Below are positions 47,150 through 62,200 of a stretch of DNA of 64,000 nt, in pieces. The notes beneath the pieces were generated by a model, which saw nothing but the letters and a program-made list of their open reading frames with translations, ran no database searches and had not been told where the DNA came from. Source of the stretch: Selaginella moellendorffii (lineage: Eukaryota > Plantae > Lycopodiophyta); NCBI RefSeq assembly GCF_000143415.4, contig NW_003314281.1, forward strand, positions 2,197,710 through 2,261,709. The letters run 5' to 3'. Both the position numbers and the translations under genes were made by a program. How positions within the stretch are numbered: position 1 is the stretch's first letter; every line of letters begins with the position of its first letter.

Positions 47150-50100
47150 CTCACTATATCATTTTTAAGTGTTGTGCTGAATGTGTGGTGAGTGCTCACA
47201 CACCACAAAAAAGTTTTTGTGGTGCATGAGCATTCGAGCCCATGCTCTTTTGGAATATTGTAGTTGATACTATATTCACATGCATTGTGATGAGAGATGG
47301 GTCTGAAATTAGACAATACATGGGGTATGATAGTGAGTGTAAATCCCAGCTCCCTCATGCCCACATCAACAGTATAATCAAAGCATTTTGCCACTTTATG
47401 AAAGAGAATTTTCTGTTAGCTACACACATCAGAATTTTTGTAGCCATTGCCAATGCTTAGTGGTAGCAGGGCCTTGGTTTAATGTATTTTTAATAGCTCT
47501 TAGAACAACATGTATAACTTATAGCAGAGAGAAATCAGTCTACTCCAATTTCAATATTGGATCATTTGTGCTACCTAGGGAGGGGGAATAGTCAAACTCA
47601 CCTTGATTCCACCACATACGAGGTGAGCTCCTCCAATAATGTAGAAGCACGAAGTCAGTGAGAGTATTAGAGTTTTAGACAAAGATCTAAAGACCCAATG
47701 AGCTCTTTAATCTGATGCAAATGCAAATCTCACCCACAAGTCTCTTCACACTAGAATTTTAAGAAATCCTGTTCATTGGAAACTTTTTCCAACCAAGAAA
47801 AGGTGGCACCTTGTTCTTAACCCGCAAAATACATTTGGGTTTGTAGCTGTCTTCCACCTGCTTCAATCTAACAACGTCTCTACCAACACTGAGGCCAGGA
47901 GGTGATGTGCTATGCCAATTCCATTGCATTGCACTACAACCAAGTGAGAATCTCGCTAGCTGTGAGAGAAACAAACAATGATTACTTCACAAAATTCCTT
48001 GGGGATGTCCTATTGCTAGTAGCCAACCATGAAGTAAAACAAAGCCTTCCAAAACACTCTAAAGCTTATTAAAACTGAATGCAATTTTACTGGCACTCAT
48101 AATCTTCTCATTAATCACTAATATCATTTTTAAAACACTTTTGAAGACTTTTAAATGCTTCAGAAAAGGGGTGAAGCCCAACCCAACCCTTCCTTATTAT
48201 TGCCCTCCTTTTTATAGTTGGCTCTCCCAATGATTTCTTCTAGTTCTCTATTGATTGTAGACTTCAAGGAATATCCATGCATCTCCACATCACATCCTAA
48301 ATGTAATGTCGATCAAAACATGATTTCCATTGTTTCCAGGGTTTGGACAGCATAGCTATGCCACATGCCACCACCTAGGATGCAATCCTACTTCTTTAGG
48401 TTTTGCCCAAGCTCATACTTCTCAGCTAATGCTCCCACATTCATTGTTAACAAGTGAATCTTATCCTTGTTTGATCTCTAGGGCCAATCCCAACTGTCCT
48501 TAACAACATCTAAACTTTTGAGGTAGACCCAATAGCACCTTCTTAAAGCTTCTCCACCATCTCTCCCTTAGCTAAAATAGAAAATTCCTATATCTACTGC
48601 TTTGTGGGAATCTCTAAACCTATCCTAGATTCCTTTTGTTTCAGCATCCCTTTGCCACTTGCTCAATAGGTGATTCCATTCTACACTTGCTCCTTGGTTG
48701 TCTTCTCAAGCTCAAGCAATGCCTCTGCATCCTCTGAGATGTCCTCATCCTTGTCTTTTAGCTTGCTAATGGTGTCCTCTGAGTCATCACCTAGGTCCAG
48801 CTCCTCCCTAGTGAACTCCTCAAATTTCTACTTAGACTCCTCTTCTCCTATCGCTTCCTTCCATAAGATCTTAATTTCCTAGTTCAAAGTCTTTTCTTGC
48901 AACTTTTTCCTTGAGGATCTAGTTGACACGATTGCCTCAATCAGCTTCCCTATTGTCCAAAGCTGCCACACCATAAGCTCCTATAATATAGAGCTCTCCT
49001 CCACAATTTAATTGTTTTTTTGAATCTTTATTAGTGTGTTTTCATATTGGGTGTTGAACTCCATAATTTGTTATTCAAATTCTAACTTTTGTTGTCCCTG
49101 TGCCTTTACTAAATGTTGTATGATATAGTAAGCAATTTCAACCTGTTGTGATGCACTCTTTTTATCAGCCATTTTAGGTGGCTTTATCTGAGGGCAGTGT
49201 ATTAGAGTAGAATGATACTCAACATCAGGCATATGAGAGCTTTTTACTCTAATGTCTATGCCAACATCTTCACTAACAAAGGAAAAACAATGCTTTGAGT
49301 GGACTATCTTCATATCATTAATAGAAGCTCGAGAAGTGTACTCCATAGATATGCCGTGGAGCACTTCCTCAATTGCAGTTACCATTATTTAGGCGGGTGG
49401 AGTCAATTTTCTCTTCATCCTATCATGTAACATCTCAATAGAAAGCCTTGTTCCCATGTAACCACTTGAGGACCTCGCATACACCCCAATTGTGAATCTC
49501 TCCAAAAGTAAGCACTAGAGTTGGCATTTCTCTGAAGCAGGGAAAGGGAAGATGAGTCTATATGAAGTCTATTAAATTTAATATGCACTATAAAGCAATC
49601 TTCAAAAGTGTTCCAATTTGAGGAGATATTAAAAAGCAATAAAATGACAAGAAAAATAGAAACCAACTTAAAAAGAGTGATGTCCCCATTGGAACATCCT
49701 AACTTTTACCACCTTAACTATGACTCAAGTTGAGGTAAGCAACTTGTGTCTGCATAGCCACCTTCACGCCATCATATTTAAATTTTATTTACCTTTGCCT
49801 TGTGCTTTTCTTTAAAGGATGCAGGTTGCCATTATTTGCACAACTCCTTAAACACTGATTGAAACTTTGGCTTGATAAGATGGTAGTGTTAGTTTAGGCT
49901 CTGAACCTAATAGAACTCACAAGTCCTCTCATGACCTTCCAATGGTTAACTAGTTCTAAAAATTGCTTGGACACCATTCTAGTTTGCACTAGCCCTATCT
50001 ACCATGAAATAACAAAATTTTATAGGCTTCCAGTCCGCTTTAGCATAATATCAAAAAGGGACTTCCAAAATATTTCCTGGGTTGTTTGGTTTTTTACTTT

Positions 50101-51830
50101 AAACTTTATTGTTGCAATTGTCAAGTTACAATATAGCCTATGAAAAAACAAATATTACAACCATTTCAATATAATGAGAATAAAAATTACCTTGGATACA
50201 TGTGAGCTCCCATAGTTGTCCAACCTAATACACGCTCCATATGGTCAAAATGTACCCCTACATTGTAGAGATTCACACATCCAATTTTTTATCCTAAACA
50301 ATATAATGTAAAAAAAATATATTTTTGTAATGTACAAATATACCTTCTTAGACTAGTAGCAAGTTGTACTCCTCATAGTAAATTCTGTAGGCTAACCTTA
50401 TTTAGTTGAGTCTTTGGTAGCCTAGATTAAGTAGGGTGTTTGCAATAAAACCCTTAAAGACGATCTTTTAAACATGCTTTAGAGTTGCAGATAAGTTTCT
50501 CATAGTTTCTTTCTGCACAACATCTTTGAAACAGTTGAAAGAACTTTTTTGTATCCTTTCTTGTATTGGATGCATATATATGTCAACATATACTACAACT
50601 CTTCTAGCCATTCCATCCCATGGAAGAATGTTAGGACCCTATCCCTTACATCTTAAGCCAACTAGCTAAAAGGGTGATCACTTGATTGTAGGGCCCTTTC
50701 TTTATCCTATTATTCTGATCTATCCTCCCCTTGTCAAAGAATGATCATCTACAATCATATTTAGGCCATCCTCTAGTCACCATGGTCCTTCTTTTAGGGT
50801 TTACCAAACCTTGGTTCTCCCTCTAGATCCACTATGTTAAATATTCCTTTTGAATATTCTTGCCCTACTCATCAGCCACAAGAATAGAACTGGGCTCCCA
50901 TACCAATGTTAGGATCCTATCCCTTACATCCTAAGCCAATTTGCTAAAGGGGGGATCACTTGATTGCAGGGCCCTTTCTTTATCTTATTCTCTTTACCTT
51001 GTACCTAACAAAAAAAGTACATCCTAGCCTTGCTGATAGCACAACATAGAGGAGCATATTTGCAAAATTGACATTTGAATCTAACAGTAATGGTATCACA
51101 GGTAGGATGATTGATTGTAAACCCTTGAAAAATATAGAACTTTTTCCGCGATCTTGATTGCATACTTCATCCATGCAATCTAAATGCTCACCACAATAAA
51201 CTACAGACACCATACCTTCAAAATGTTGGAAGTGTGTGGTATTAATCTTGCATCAATTATGGACATTTTGCTTGGTTTCCATTCCCTTCTGTTTAAAACT
51301 TATGTTGTTAACAAGAAGTGGTAGCTCAAAAAAAATATTGCCGTTGTAAGAGGATGGAAGTTTGCTCATGAATCTATACAAAAACAAGCACTTGTCAACT
51401 GAGACATGCGAAAACTGGAAAGCATTGTTAATGGCTTTGAATATTGTTGAAGATGGAGCTAGTGAATTTGACATTGATACTAGCATGGCTTCTCCACTTA
51501 AACTAAAAGAAGAGGAGAGGATGACGACTGACTCTTGCTTTACATTCACTTTTGCTAGAGTGCATCTTGGCACTTTGATTTGAGATCCAAAAACTCGAAT
51601 CTCTTTCGATTTAGAATTTTACAAATTTTATTACTGTTTACCCTCACCCACACCGGAAAGAAGAAACCTTGAGCATGCAACTATACCGGTGTCATTGTGA
51701 ATCACAACCTCTAACAAAATAGAGCCAAGACGAAAATCAAAACGCCAACATAAAAAACTTTTGAAAACAATACTTTGAGAAAATAAAAGAGGTGGGTGAT
51801 CTCGAAAATGTAAAAAAAACCTCTCCATCC
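47150..51830 (-). pseudogene. MULE-like transposase pseudogene (Cys/His N-terminal region, DDE core ~49700-50260, possible SWIM remnant ~47185-47260)
   Basis: 49640-50258 is an inverted paralog of 42166-42790. LECSC...CEH near the 3' end; VVYCGEH near the 5' end. Many stops and a TRIM insertion. Confidence 0.6.
50629..51010 (-). mobile_element. TRIM (terminal-repeat retrotransposon in miniature), 382 bp
   Basis: ~100-bp direct repeats at 50629-~50720 and 50907-51010 (TGTTAGG...CCTAACA). PBS-like TGGTATGGGAGCCC (50892-50905) and PPT AAGGGGAGGA on the minus strand. Flanks AAGAA/AAAAA. Confidence 0.8.
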
Positions 51831-52931
51831 TTCATAATAGTTTTTGGAGTTCTCTCTCTCTTTATACTATTTGTAAAAATCTATAGTGAAATATAAATTG
51901 AAATTCAAGGAGAGCAATATGAAGAATGTTAATAGCATACAAAATGAATTTAAATTCTATAACAAATTTAATATATGCAAGTGTGATAGTTTTAATGTTA
52001 CTATAATCTATTATAATGTCTGATGCATGTTTGCACATAGATCCAAAGAAGGATTTTCAACACGTGAAGTTTGATAATTAATAATGATATCAGTAATGAC
52101 ATTTGAGTATAATGTGGCAATCCAAGAGGTCTGAACTAACTAATAGCACATGTGATGTGTCAAGTTTGTTAAATCTTAAGTGCTAGGTGATGATAAATTT
52201 TATCAAATCTTAAGTGCTAAGTAATGATAATTCTTCAATGATAGATTCAATTCTTACTATGACTTGAGTTTTATCCATAATTGTGAATACTACTCAATGA
52301 TATTTAATGCATTTAGGATCTAATACAAAAAAAAATAAATTTCTGGATGAAAATTCATTCATTCATGTATTAATATAGTACAATATATTTCAATATGCCT
52401 TATTTATAATCTTTAAAGTTCTTGTAATGATTTCAAAATATGTACAAAATATTGATGAAAATGCGTCCTTTCTAGATAATTTGGAAAAAATAATATCATA
52501 TCTCTAATAACAGAAATGTTGATAGGTGCTAGTTATATCATCATTAAAATATACAAAATAAAGAACCATAATTCACATATAATAATAATTATAAGATAAA
52601 ATAAGATCAAAGATATTATGATAGCTGAGATTTAGGTTATTTGGAATGAACAGCCAGGATGAGAAATTGGTTAGGGTTAGGGCAGCCATCAGCCTTGAGG
52701 CCCAGGTTTTTTTAAGGCTCCCTCCCAGAGCGTGAGAGAGATCCAGAGATAGCGAGAGAGTGTGAGAGATGGAGCATGTGAGATTGCGAGAGATCGGGCA
52801 CTTAAGAGTGCAAAAGATTGAGCATGCTAGAGTGTGAGAGATTGAGAGATTGAGATCTCCAGTGCTGGTATCTTCCAAAACTTGAGAGACAGCCTCGTCC
52901 TCCTGGTGCCAAGGCCAAGGGCGCGCCGAGG

Positions 52932-53935
52932 ATGTTCCGGGTAAGCTTTTGTTCTCTCTTTTCCTTTGAAGTTTGTTTGTTTACTCGTTTCTTCTTTTCA
53001 GCTCTCCATCGCGCCCCGCCCTGGCAATCCAGCCATGGAGCTCTCTTCCATCCTTGAGCAATCTAGCAGCCGCGAATTTCTTGGGGAGCGATGCTGCGAG
53101 CTTGCGATCGGCCTCACTGGATGTGATCTCGATGCGTTTGAGCACCGGGATCATGAAAAGAGGGCCATACATCCAAGGGCCTTGTACTTCATATTCTCAA
53201 GAACTTCCGAAGAAAAAGGCTACTTTGGTTTCAATTGAGGAGACAGTGATGACAGGGGCTTCAAAAGAACCAGCTCAACAATACGCTGACCAGATGCTGC
53301 ACTACGAGCTGGAAAATGACGTTGGAAAAGATGCTGTAGAAGTTAGAACCAAGTCTGCTTGTAAGGAATAGTACAGTGGCGATGACAGGAGTACTCCTCA
53401 AGTGCTGAATAGTCAAGTGGACGATTGGACCAAAACAACTACAATCGTCGGTGAGAAGGAAGTTAACTCTTGAAACATTTAATCCAGGTGACCAGAACAT
53501 TCGGGAGCCTGTTTCCTAAAGAAGAAAGAAGTCACGAAGGTTTGCCGCTTTAACATGCTTGCTTTCTTTCTCACTCGCATTACCGGAGGAACTTTTAGAC
53601 GACTATAAACAAGGTTAAAATTGACTGGAGTGCTCTATGGAGTACGAAGTCAAGGCAAGTTCTGTTTGTAAGCCAGCATTTCTTCTATTTGGTCTTCTAA
53701 ATTCTTCTATGCTTGCTGATTGCAGATAGTTGAAATGAAAATGATGATGCTAAACATGAAATCTCAGTATCGGCAGCAGATGACAACTACCGGAAAAGGC
53801 CATATCAATCAATGTGAAACTTCTACAGCTGCCAATGATGAAAGAGCTTTCCTTGGTTACAAGCAACCAAGCGAAACAAAACGTTGATTTTCTGAAGAAG
53901 CAAATGCAAAAGCTAGGATAAAGAAAACTTGAGTA
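52932..53935 (+). pseudogene. Unidentified spliced gene remnant, duplicate
   Basis: Copy of 40891-41880. Confidence 0.35.
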
Positions 53936-54053
53936 GGGAGCTCTTTTCTATAATATCTTTTTCTTATATTATATTGTTTAAAATAAAATTTTGGATATGT
54001 GAATATCGAGAGGGGAAGTTGCAATAAAAAATTGACTCCATCCTTCAATTGAA

Positions 54054-54814
54054 ATAAACTTGTCCATACAAGTTTATCCACGGAAGTTTGTTTTTAAACT
54101 AAGTTGTGAATGAACAAGAGTGCCCCTTTATCTTGAAAATATCTACCATGGGCCTTGCCTTTAGTATAAATCTTGTCTCCCGAATGGACATGTTTGGGTC
54201 CAGTGACCTTGCAAATGCATGGGTACATTTTGACCATATGGAGTACGTATTAGGTTGGACAACTATGGGAGCTCATGTGTATGATCTAAAGTAATTTTTA
54301 TTCTCATTATATTGAAATTGTTGTAATATTTGTGTTTTCATATGCTATATTGTAACTTGACAATTGTGACAGTAGAGTTTAAAGTACAAGACCAAACAAC
54401 CCAAGAAATATTTTGGAAGTCCCTTTCGGATATTGTCCTAAAGCAAACCGATAAGCTTACAAACTTTCGCAGTTTCATGATAGATGGGGCTAATGTAAAT
54501 TGGAATGGTGTTCGAGCAATTTTTGGGAATGGTCAATTATTGGAAGATTATGAGAGTTCCATTGGGCTCAAATCCTAAACTAACACTGCCACTTTATCTA
54601 GCCAAAGTTTCAATTAATGTTTAAGGAGTTGTGTAAACAGTGATAGGTTGCACTTTCTAAAGAAGAGCATAAGGTAAAAGCAAATAAGATTTGAATGTGA
54701 TGGCGTAAAAATGGCCATACGGATATAAGTTGTTTATTACAACTTGAGTCATGGTTAGGGTGGTGGGAAGTTAAGATGTTCCAGTAAGGACATCACTCTT
54801 TTTAAGTTGGTTTC
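54054..54814 (+). pseudogene. MULE-like transposase core fragment, duplicate
   Basis: Copy of 42000-42760. Confidence 0.65.
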
Positions 54815-55634
54815 TATTTTTTCTTCTCATTTTATTGCCTTTTAATATTGCCTTTTCCATTAGTGGAGTACACTCTCTGAGCTTCTATTGGTGATATGAA
54901 GATTATTCGCTTAAAGTGTTGTTTTCCTTTTGCTGGTGAAGATGTTGGTAATAAGAATACTTTTTCTGCAAACATCTTATTTTTTGTTTTAACAAATATC
55001 CCTATTATGGCATGTAATAAATATTTAAATTGTTAGAACAAGAAGTGCTCTTTAGAACATTTTTATCTATATAATATGTATGGAGGTATGAAATTATTAA
55101 ATTCATAACCTTATTTAAAGTTTTTAATGTTTGTATTAAACTACAATTGAAATTTGAGCTCAACTTATGAGCTCAACTCTTCAACTTGTGAGTTCAAATA
55201 TAGTCCACACTCTATAAAATCTATAACATGGATATAAACATGGTTGGAACTTAGTGTGTTTTATGATATAGATAAGTTTAAGGTGCAAATGGTGCAAAGC
55301 TATTTTGAGTACACTTTTGGAATATTTACAAAGTCTAATAAATGGTCAGCTCTTGTTTTGGGTTTAATTTTGTGTTTATCATCAACTTTTAGAATGCTAT
55401 TATGGTGATCCCATCCAGTATTGTGGAGGATTCAAGGACTAAAATGAAATCGAGGAAGTTATGTCTAAAGCTTAGACATGCTAATGTTTTTATCACTATC
55501 ATCTCCAACTGAGGTTGCTGATTATCAACTCACTTGGCAAGAATAGCAAAATCAACACATTTTAACACTTTGATTTATAAGAACTACTGCCCTTAAAGAA
55601 TATACTCAGACAGCGGCGGCTAGGGCTTAAGCCC

Positions 55635-58600
55635 ATGGAGGTGGATGCGAGCACTGTGGAGGAGTTTGTAGAGTTCATCGAAGACATAGATGGGGCAGAG
55701 GGCTGCGAATTTTACCTTGATGATGGTAGAGTGGCGGTACATGATGTTCTCCAGGAGTTCTCGGCTGTCTTTATCAGTGTGAAGCGCTATGAGCAAGGCA
55801 GGGTCAGGTGGAGACGTCTACAGGCAGGGGAAGACGGCCTGAGCAGGTCTACATATGTGCCTGGATCTTCTCATACTATTCGGGCAACGAAGGCTCCTAC
55901 ACGTAAGTAGCGTTGCCTGGATCTGCCGGCCTGGTGTGGTTTTCGCAACTTTGTGGTCTTTGGATCTGTGTTCTTTCTGGGCTGTGCGTTATTTAGGAGT
56001 GCTTCTCGTTTCGCCCTTTTTTTGCCTCGTCGCGCCTCTTGCCCCCTGGCTATGCCGAGTACTGACAAGTTTATATTTCTGTTTCAGCGACCCTGCCGAT
56101 AACCCTTCAAGCTGCGCCAGGTAAGCAATTGCTGAGCAAAACCACTTCTTGGCTGGAACTTGGCGTTTACTTGTCGTGGTGCTAGTGCCTGGTCTCTGTG
56201 TGTTTGTGAAGCCCTTCGGCTGTTGCCTTTGTTGGTGCGGTGTGTTTTTTTTGCTGTGCAGCTTGTAGAACGTGTTGCCTGGATTTTTCTGCATCTGCGG
56301 CTCTTCGTACGTACGGGGTTATGCTTTGGTGTTTAATGTGTTGGTGTACTGTGGCTATTTCTACTACTGACACATTTGTGTTGTTGTAGTGTCGAGGTTG
56401 CTGGATGTATACACAAAACAACTGGAGGATGCAAGGTTTCTTCGCGGGATGCCGGCGAGGAGGGTGCCAGGCTGCAAATTGCCTCTTGTGGACAACGGTG
56501 CGCAGCCGTATTTACATGCGGACTTGGGAGATTATTTTACTTTGGTCGGAAGGGACGAGACGATTCAGCATCTTATGGCAGCCGCTGCACGGGTCTTTGC
56601 AACTTTTATGAACACGACGGCCAGTGCCTCGGATATTGAACGAAAAGAGTTCATGTTGATGGTCATCGGATTTCCTGGCGCAGGTAAAACAACTGTCGGG
56701 TCATGCCTTTCAGCTCTCCTCAGAGAAGCGTGGTTGAGGGGCACAGAAACAGGGGCTATAGATGCCATTCTCGAGGACCAGCTTGGTTCTGGTAGGCTTG
56801 TCACTCAGTTCAAGGAAATGGTGAATAATGTGTTGGAGACCGGGAAACACCTTCGAATGTATCATTCCCTTGAGACGACAAGGACTGGGGGTGCACTTCT
56901 GCTTGAGAACGGCCTGGAAGGCGCACAGGTTTTGGCCCTTCGGTCCTTGCATGCAGCACTTTGTCCAATGAATACGACTGCATATGGTGATTTTCTCAAG
57001 GAGTTGGATGGCATATTTCCGGGCCTGAGGAATGTGCTGGCTTTCGGAGATGTGGTCGACTTCATTCGAACTGGTCTTAAGGTTCCTGCCGACAAGCGAA
57101 TTTTCCTATCTTGGTTTTTTGATGAAGTCAATAAGGCTCGACCTCAGCGAGGTCGCCCAGCTGCATCGTCCTGGATTCATGAAGCTTTCTCGGCCTACGT
57201 TCAACATATCAAAGGTAACCGAGGTGGCTTGACGTTTCCTGTACTTACAGCAGCAACGACCCGATTTTCTGGGGCCACAATGCGTTACACGTCTACGGAG
57301 AATGCTACGAGTATTTTTATCCCTATCAGGCCTTTGAAAGAGGAGGAAGTGGAACATATAACGAAAATTTTCTTTTCAAGACTAGGAGATACTCTCGACA
57401 TGGAGAAACCATTTGAGTTGAAGGACGGACTAAGGAAGCTGATAAAGTTAGCAGGAGGTAATCCTAGGATGCTTGATCACCTGTTGAGAGGGTTGATGCC
57501 CGAGCACCCTCATCTCGAAGCTTTGAAGTTCTACGAGAAGGTTTGTTCGGCTCTTTTTTGTCTTTTTTCTTGATGTGATGAGAAGTTTTTTTATGTTTGT
57601 TACAGGTGGATCAAGATCTCACCCAAGCCGATCTGTGCAAAACAATAACGAATGCGTGGAAACGTATTAAGGGCAGTTATTATCTTCACTACCTTCATGA
57701 CAGCAACTATTTGTTAGTGCTACGAGCCCTTTATGTTGCGCTGCTGGGGACCCTTATCAATCGGGACGACCTAGTATGGCCAGGCATTTACAGTGATAAG
57801 TGGGGATTTTTAGAGTCTTGCGGTTTAGTTGGACTCTTACGCAACGAGGTACTTTTCTGGTATTTCAGAAGTTTATGTGAGTGCTTATGTGGGGTTAATT
57901 TACAGGAGGAGCCGCCTCCCCATAAGCAGGTAAAATTATCGAAACAGGAAGACACAAAGAATGGAATGCGCGCTTTTTCCATCATGTTCTCTCCACTCCT
58001 TATATACCATCTTGTCGAGAACCTACATGTGGCGGAGCTGCGACATTTATGGCCTCCTATACTGGATTCTAATCCCAAGGTTAAGGAGGTATCAGACCTC
58101 ATGTGCATTGTCTTCATGATATACATGGGTAAGCTTTTTCATGATCGCGAGAAGGACACGGTGTTCGAGTTCACACTCAAAGACATTCTCCCCTCAAATT
58201 TCCGCGTTCCTGCACGTATGCAAGCTTTGAAGTTCCGGTTGCCAGCTGGTGCAAGGTTTGGACCTCCGAAACGTCAGCCTCATCAGATTCATGAAGCAGA
58301 GGCATTTCAAGCCTTTTTAAATGACAACAAGAAGCAATTCTATTGGGTTGGTATTGGCAACCATGGACCTGATAGCTTCATCCATCTAAAGCTAGTGGTT
58401 GTGGAGGATACGTTGGATGATTTTTTTATATTTCTTGAGAGTAAGCACAGGGAATGTTATGAAGGCCAACAAGCAAGATGGGAACAAGATTTTCTGAAGA
58501 AAACATGGAGGATAGAGCAATGGATAGAAGGTATTTAATTTTATTTGTGGGTGGTTAAATGTGTGTCTTTTCAGATGGGGAGTACGCTGTCATTTTTATG

Positions 58601-59085
58601 ACAGACCAAGCATTGCATAACGTGATTCGGAAAGTAAAAAAGCAGGATAAGATGGTTGTTCCGAAGGTGGATACATGCTATTACGGGTATCCGCAGCAGA
58701 GTCCATTTGGTACGTTTTTTTATGCTTTTCTTTTTGTTAGAATTGGTTTTTATGTTTTTATGTTGTATGTGTAGGTTTATTTAGTGCCGTGAGGCACACA
58801 TCAATGCTAGCAGCTGCAAGTTGGAGTTGGAGAGGAAAACAAACGAGAGAACCTTTTGATCCAACCTACGAACCTAGTGGTAATCCACGGGGTGCTGAGC
58901 GAAGAACACCACCAAGAACACGCTCTAAAACCCGAGGACAGGTTGGAAGAACACGCTCTAAAACCCCAGGACAGGTTGGAAGAACACGCTCTAAAACCCG
59001 AGGACAGGTTGGAAGAACACGCTCTAAAACCCAAGGACAGGTTGGAAGAACACGCTCTAAAGGTGCCACGAAGCGAAAAAGGTAA
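55635..59085 (+). CDS. CR-type NTPase + PD-(D/E)xK nuclease protein, copy 2; exons 55635-55902, 56088-56120, 56390-57540, 57606-57848, 57906-58530, 58575-58709, 58775-59085
   Basis: Exon translations are identical to copy 1 at offset +12054; splice sites conserved. Confidence 0.85.
58915..59061 (+). repeat. 33-bp coding tandem repeat, copy 2
   Basis: Same as 46861-47007. Confidence 0.95.
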
Positions 59086-59203
59086 CCAGGAGGTTTGACA
59101 AGCACCATCAATGGTTTGCACAAAGTATTAATGTGTGCAATTGTCCTGTATAGAAAGAGATATGTATCTTAACCTTAATGGGCGTGAATATCTTTTACCA
59201 ATA

Positions 59204-62200
59204 CTCACTATATCATTTTTAAGTGTTGTGCTGAATGTGTGGTGAGTGCTCACACACCACAAAAAAGTTTTTGTGGTGCATGAGCATTCGAGCCCATGCT
59301 CTTTTGGAATATTGTAGTTGATACTATATTCACATGCATTGTGATGAGAGATGGGTCTGAAATTAGACAATACATGGGGTATGATAGTGAGTGTAAATCC
59401 CAGCTCCCTCATGCCCACATCAACAGTATAATCAAAGCATTTTGCCACTTTATGAAAGAGAATTTTCTGTTAGCTACACACATCAGAATTTTTGTAGCCA
59501 TTGCCAATGCTTAGTGGTAGCAGGGCCTTGGTTTAATGTATTTTTAATAGCTCTTAGAACAACATGTATAACTTATAGCAGAGAGAAATCAGTCTACTCC
59601 AATTTCAATATTGGATCATTTGTGCTACCTAGGGAGGGGGAATAGTCAAACTCACCTTGATTCCACCACATACGAGGTGAGCTCCTCCAATAATGTAGAA
59701 GCACGAAGTCAGTGAGAGTATTAGAGTTTTAGACAAAGATCTAAAGACCCAATGAGCTCTTTAATCTGATGCAAATGCAAATCTCACCCACAAGTCTCTT
59801 CACACTAGAATTTTAAGAAATCCTGTTCATTGGAAACTTTTTCCAACCAAGAAAAGGTGGCACCTTGTTCTTAACCCGCAAAATACATTTGGGTTTGTAG
59901 CTGTCTTCCACCTGCTTCAATCTAATGTCTCTACCAACACTGAGGCCAGGAGGTGATGTGCTATGCCAATTCCATTGCATTGCACTACAACCAAGTGAGA
60001 ATCTCGCTAGCTGTGAGAGAAACAAACAATGATTACTTCACAAAATTCCTTGGGGATGTCCTATTGCTAGTAGCCAACCATGAAGTAAAACAAAGCCTTC
60101 CAAAACACTCTAAAGCTTATTAAAACTGAATGCAATTTTACTGGCACTCATAATCTTCTCATTAATCACTAATATCATTTTTAAAACACTTTTGAAGACT
60201 TTTAAATGCTTCAGAAAAGGGGTGAAGCCCAACCCAACCCTTCTTTATTATTGCCCTCCTTTTTATAGTTGGCTCTCCCAATGATTTCTTCTAGTTCTCT
60301 ATTGAGTGTAGACTTCAAGGAATATCCATGCATCTCCACATCACATCCTAAATGTAATGTCGATCAAAACATGATTTCCATTGTTTCCAGGGTTTGGATG
60401 GCATAGCTATGCCACATGCCACCACCTAGGATGCAATCCTACTTCTTTAGGTTTTGCCCAAGCTCATACTTCTTAGCTAATGCTCCCACATTCATTGTTA
60501 ACAAGTGAATCTTATCCTTGTTTGATCTCTAGGGCCAATCCCAACTGTCCTTAACAACATCTAAACTTTTGAGGTAGACCCAATAGCACCTTCTTAAAGC
60601 TTCTCCACCATCTCTCCCTTAGCTAAAATAGAAAATTCTTATATCTACTGCTTTGTGGGAATCTCTAAACCTATCCTAGATTCCTTTTGTTTCAACATCC
60701 CTTTGCCACTTGCTCAATAGGTGATTCCATCCTACACTTGCTCCTTGGTTGTCTTCTCAAGCTCAAGCAATGCCTCTGCATCCTCTGAGATGTCCTCATC
60801 CTTGTCTTTTAGCTTGCTAATGGTGTCCTCTGAGTCATCACCTAGGTCCAGCTCCTCCCTAGTGAACTCCTCAAATTTCTACTTAGACTCCTCTTCTCCT
60901 ATCGCTTCCTTCCATAAGATCTTAATTTCCTAGTGCAAAGTCTTTTGTTGCAACTTTTTCCTTGAGGATCTAGTTGACACGATTGCCTCAATCAGCTTCC
61001 CTATTGTCCAAAGCTGCCACACCATAAGCTCCTATAATATAGAGCTCTCCTCCACAATTTAATGTTTTTTTGGAATCTTTATTAGTGTGTTTTCATATTG
61101 GGTGTTGAACTCCATAATTTGTTATTCAAATTCTAACTTTTGTTGTCCCTGTGCCTTTACTAAATGTTGTATGATATAGTAAGCAATTTCAACCTGTTGT
61201 GATGCACTCTTTTTATCAGCCATTTTAGATGGCTTTATCTGAGGGCAGTGTATTAGAGTAGAATGATACTCAACATCAGGCATATGAGAGCTTTTTACTC
61301 TAATGTCTATGCCAACATCTTCACTAACAAAGGAAAAACGATGCTTTGAGTGGACTATCTTCATATCACTAATAGAAGCTCGAGAAGTGTACTCCATAGA
61401 TATGCTGTGGAGCACTTCCTCAATTGCAGTTACCATTATTTAGGCGGGTGGAGTCAATTTTCTCTTCATCCTATCATGTAATATCTCAATAGAAAGCCTT
61501 GTTCCCATGTAACCACTTGAGGACCTCGTATACACCCCAACTGTGAATCTCTCCGAAAGTAAGCACTAGAGTTGGCATTTCTCTGAAGCAGGGAAAGGGA
61601 AGATGAGTCTATATGAAGTCTATTAAATTTAATATGCACTATAAAGCAATCTTCAAAAGTGTTCCAATTTGAGGAGATATTAAAAAGTAATAAAATGACA
61701 AGAAAAATAGAAACCAACTTAAAAAGAGTGATGTCCCCATTGGAACATCCTAACTTTTACCACCTTAACTATGACTCAAGTTGAGGTAAGCAACTTGTGT
61801 CTGCATAGCCACCTTCACGCCATCATATTTAAATTTTATTTACCTTTGCCTTGTGCTTTTCTTTAAAGGATGCAGGTTGCCATTATTTGCACAACTCCTT
61901 AAACACTGATTGAAACTTTGGCTTGATAAGATGGTAGTGTTAGTTTAGGCTCTGAACCTAATAGAACTCACAAGTCCTTTCATGACCTTCCAATGGTTAA
62001 CTAGTTCTAAAAATTGCTTGGACACCATTCTAGTTTGCACTAGCCCTATCTACCATGAAATAACAAAATTTTATAGGCTTCCAGTCCGCTTTAGCATAAT
62101 ATCAAAAAGGGACTTCCAAAATATTTCCTGGGTTGTTTGGTTTTTTACTTTAAACTTTATTGTTGCAATTGTCAAGTTACAATATAGCCTATGAAAAAAC

